Shown here piece by piece: positions 28,805 through 30,023 of a stretch of 30,023 nt of DNA. Within the stretch, counting starts at the first letter, position 1. Every line of letters begins with the position of its first letter. Both the position numbers and the translations under genes were made by a program. This DNA comes from Planctomycetota bacterium (lineage in GTDB: Bacteria; Planctomycetota; Planctomycetia; Pirellulales; Lacipirellulaceae). The stretch is from assembly GCA_039190745.1 (NCBI GenBank), contig JBCCXZ010000053.1, positions 1 to 30,023 on the forward strand, written 5' to 3'. The notes under the pieces are model-generated. The model made no database searches and was not told the origin of the DNA. It was given only the letters and a program-made list of their open reading frames with translations.

Positions 28805-28808
28805 TGCT

Positions 28809-30023
28809 ATGTCCTCTCTCTCTCAGGCAGCCGATTCTCTCTTCGCCCCGATTTCGGCGTCCCGGCCTCTTCTTCTTGAGAAGTTTGTTCTTCTGCTGCT
28901 CGCGGCGGACATCTGGTCGACACGCAGCGGGGGCGCAAGCCGGTACGACGCCGACGAGTTCCAGCTCGCTCACTTCGGCTGGCTCGACGCTCTGCAACCG
29001 ACGCCCAACGAAACGATTTACCTTGCTACGCTGGTGCTGACCGGACTCTTGTCGGTCACGCTCGCCGTGGCGAACCTCGGCCTCGTCTGGCGGCTCGCGC
29101 TGGTGGTGCTCTACAGCTACACATGGGCGATGAGCCGGCTCGACAGCTACCAGCACCACTACCTGCTCTCTTGGGTGCTGCTGTGCGTGGCGTTCTTCCC
29201 GACGCTGCGGCTGAGCGAAGTCGCGAACACCGAGAAGGGCCGGCCACTCGCGTGCGCCTGGGCGTGGCGGCTGCTGGGCCTATTGATCGCGATGGTCTAC
29301 GTCTGGACCTCGGTTGCTAAGCTCGACGACGTCTGGCGGAGCGGCGCCGGCCTCGCGCAGCTCAGCGGCGCCAAGAACCTGCTCAGCCCGTTCGCCGCGC
29401 TCTTTCCGGGGCGGCTCGGCGTGTACGCGTTCGCCGCGAACGCCACGATCGTCGTCGAGCTGATGATCGCCGCCGGGTATGCCGTCTCGGCGCTCGCCGC
29501 CGACCAGTCCGGCCGGTTCACACGGCTCTTGTCTTGGGTCTCGTGGGCGCTGGCCATCGCGCTGCACGCGGGCTTTGAACTCGCGGGACTGAAGATCGGC
29601 TGGTTCAGCTACTGGATGATCGCCGCGGCTTGCGTGTACTTCCTACCCGACCCGGCCTTACAAGCCGTTGTCCAGCGTATACGCAAAGCCTGGCTCCGCT
29701 TCATCGAGATGAGCAGGTCTTTGTTCCCAGATGAAGAGAAACATCCTACGACTGCACTTGGCATGCTTTTCCCGACCATTGTCTTGTGCTTGGGCATTCC
29801 CAGGATGATCGATCTGCCAGGCGTGGGCGTCGCCGCTGCGGCGGCATGGGCAGCAGCAGCTCTGCATTGTGTATCACGCCGCAGCCAGAAGTCGCTAGAG
29901 ATCATGGTCGGCTTAACCCTCGCGGTGCTACTGCTCTTCACGTGTGTTCTCGCGACGGGCCCTCAATCACAGTTCTACACCTATCGCCTAGCTCAGCTCC
30001 AACGCCGTGGCGACTGGGAAGCC
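28809..30023 (+). CDS. HTTM-domain / vitamin K-dependent gamma-carboxylase-like membrane protein (3' end outside window)
   Basis: Absent from the ORF track (no stop). Manual translation is open for 405 codons: many TM segments, DSYQHHYLL, MVYVWTSVAKLDDVWRSG, LHAGFELAGLKIGWFSYWM. Confidence 0.8.
   Translation, partial: MSSLSQAADSLFAPISASRPLLLEKFVLLLLAADIWSTRSGGASRYDADEFQLAHFGWLDALQPTPNETIYLATLVLTGLLSVTLAVANLGLVWRLALVVLYSYTWAMSRLDSYQHHYLLSWVLLCVAFFPTLRLSEVANTEKGRPLACAWAWRLLGLLIAMVYVWTSVAKLDDVWRSGAGLAQLSGAKNLLSPFAALFPGRLGVYAFAANATIVVELMIAAGYAVSALAADQSGRFTRLLSWVSWALAIALHAGFELAGLKIGWFSYWMIAAACVYFLPDPALQAVVQRIRKAWLRFIEMSRSLFPDEEKHPTTALGMLFPTIVLCLGIPRMIDLPGVGVAAAAAWAAAALHCVSRRSQKSLEIMVGLTLAVLLLFTCVLATGPQSQFYTYRLAQLQRRGDWEA

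Noticed and set aside
28921..28940. Possible frameshift at the G-run early in the HTTM gene
   Set aside because: Recounting gives five G (agc ggg ggc); the frame stays open from 28809 to the window end.

Overview
GC-rich bacterial chromosomal window, most likely from a planctomycete (inferred from the FlgI-HEAT lipoprotein, the HTH-REC regulator and the dnaJ-rnpA-yidD order). It is mostly housekeeping genes: hisG (partial), hisE, miaA, polyprenyl synthase, moaC, a cold-shock protein, an HTH-receiver regulator, smc, an FlgI-like lipoprotein, yidD, rnpA, class-B DnaJ, a CehA/McbA-like exported protein, a class-3 lipase, ppk1, a Dabb protein, ftsH, a MORN-variant repeat protein, glgC, leuS, hom, an ApgM-family mutase and a partial HTTM/gamma-carboxylase-like membrane protein. 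I found no rRNA, tRNA, CRISPR array, transposase or integrase. The most unusual signals are non-coding. Two consecutive gene junctions (hom|apgM and apgM|HTTM) carry inverted arms built from short tandem repeats (10-mer and 7-mer units) around short AT-richer spacers with no gene. Solitary copies of the 7-mer arm sit just before the leuS and glgC start codons. There is also a densely structured ~600-bp region upstream of the HTH-REC gene and a predicted ~340-nt leader for the cold-shock gene. All calls come from reading the sequence; no searches or folding programs were run.
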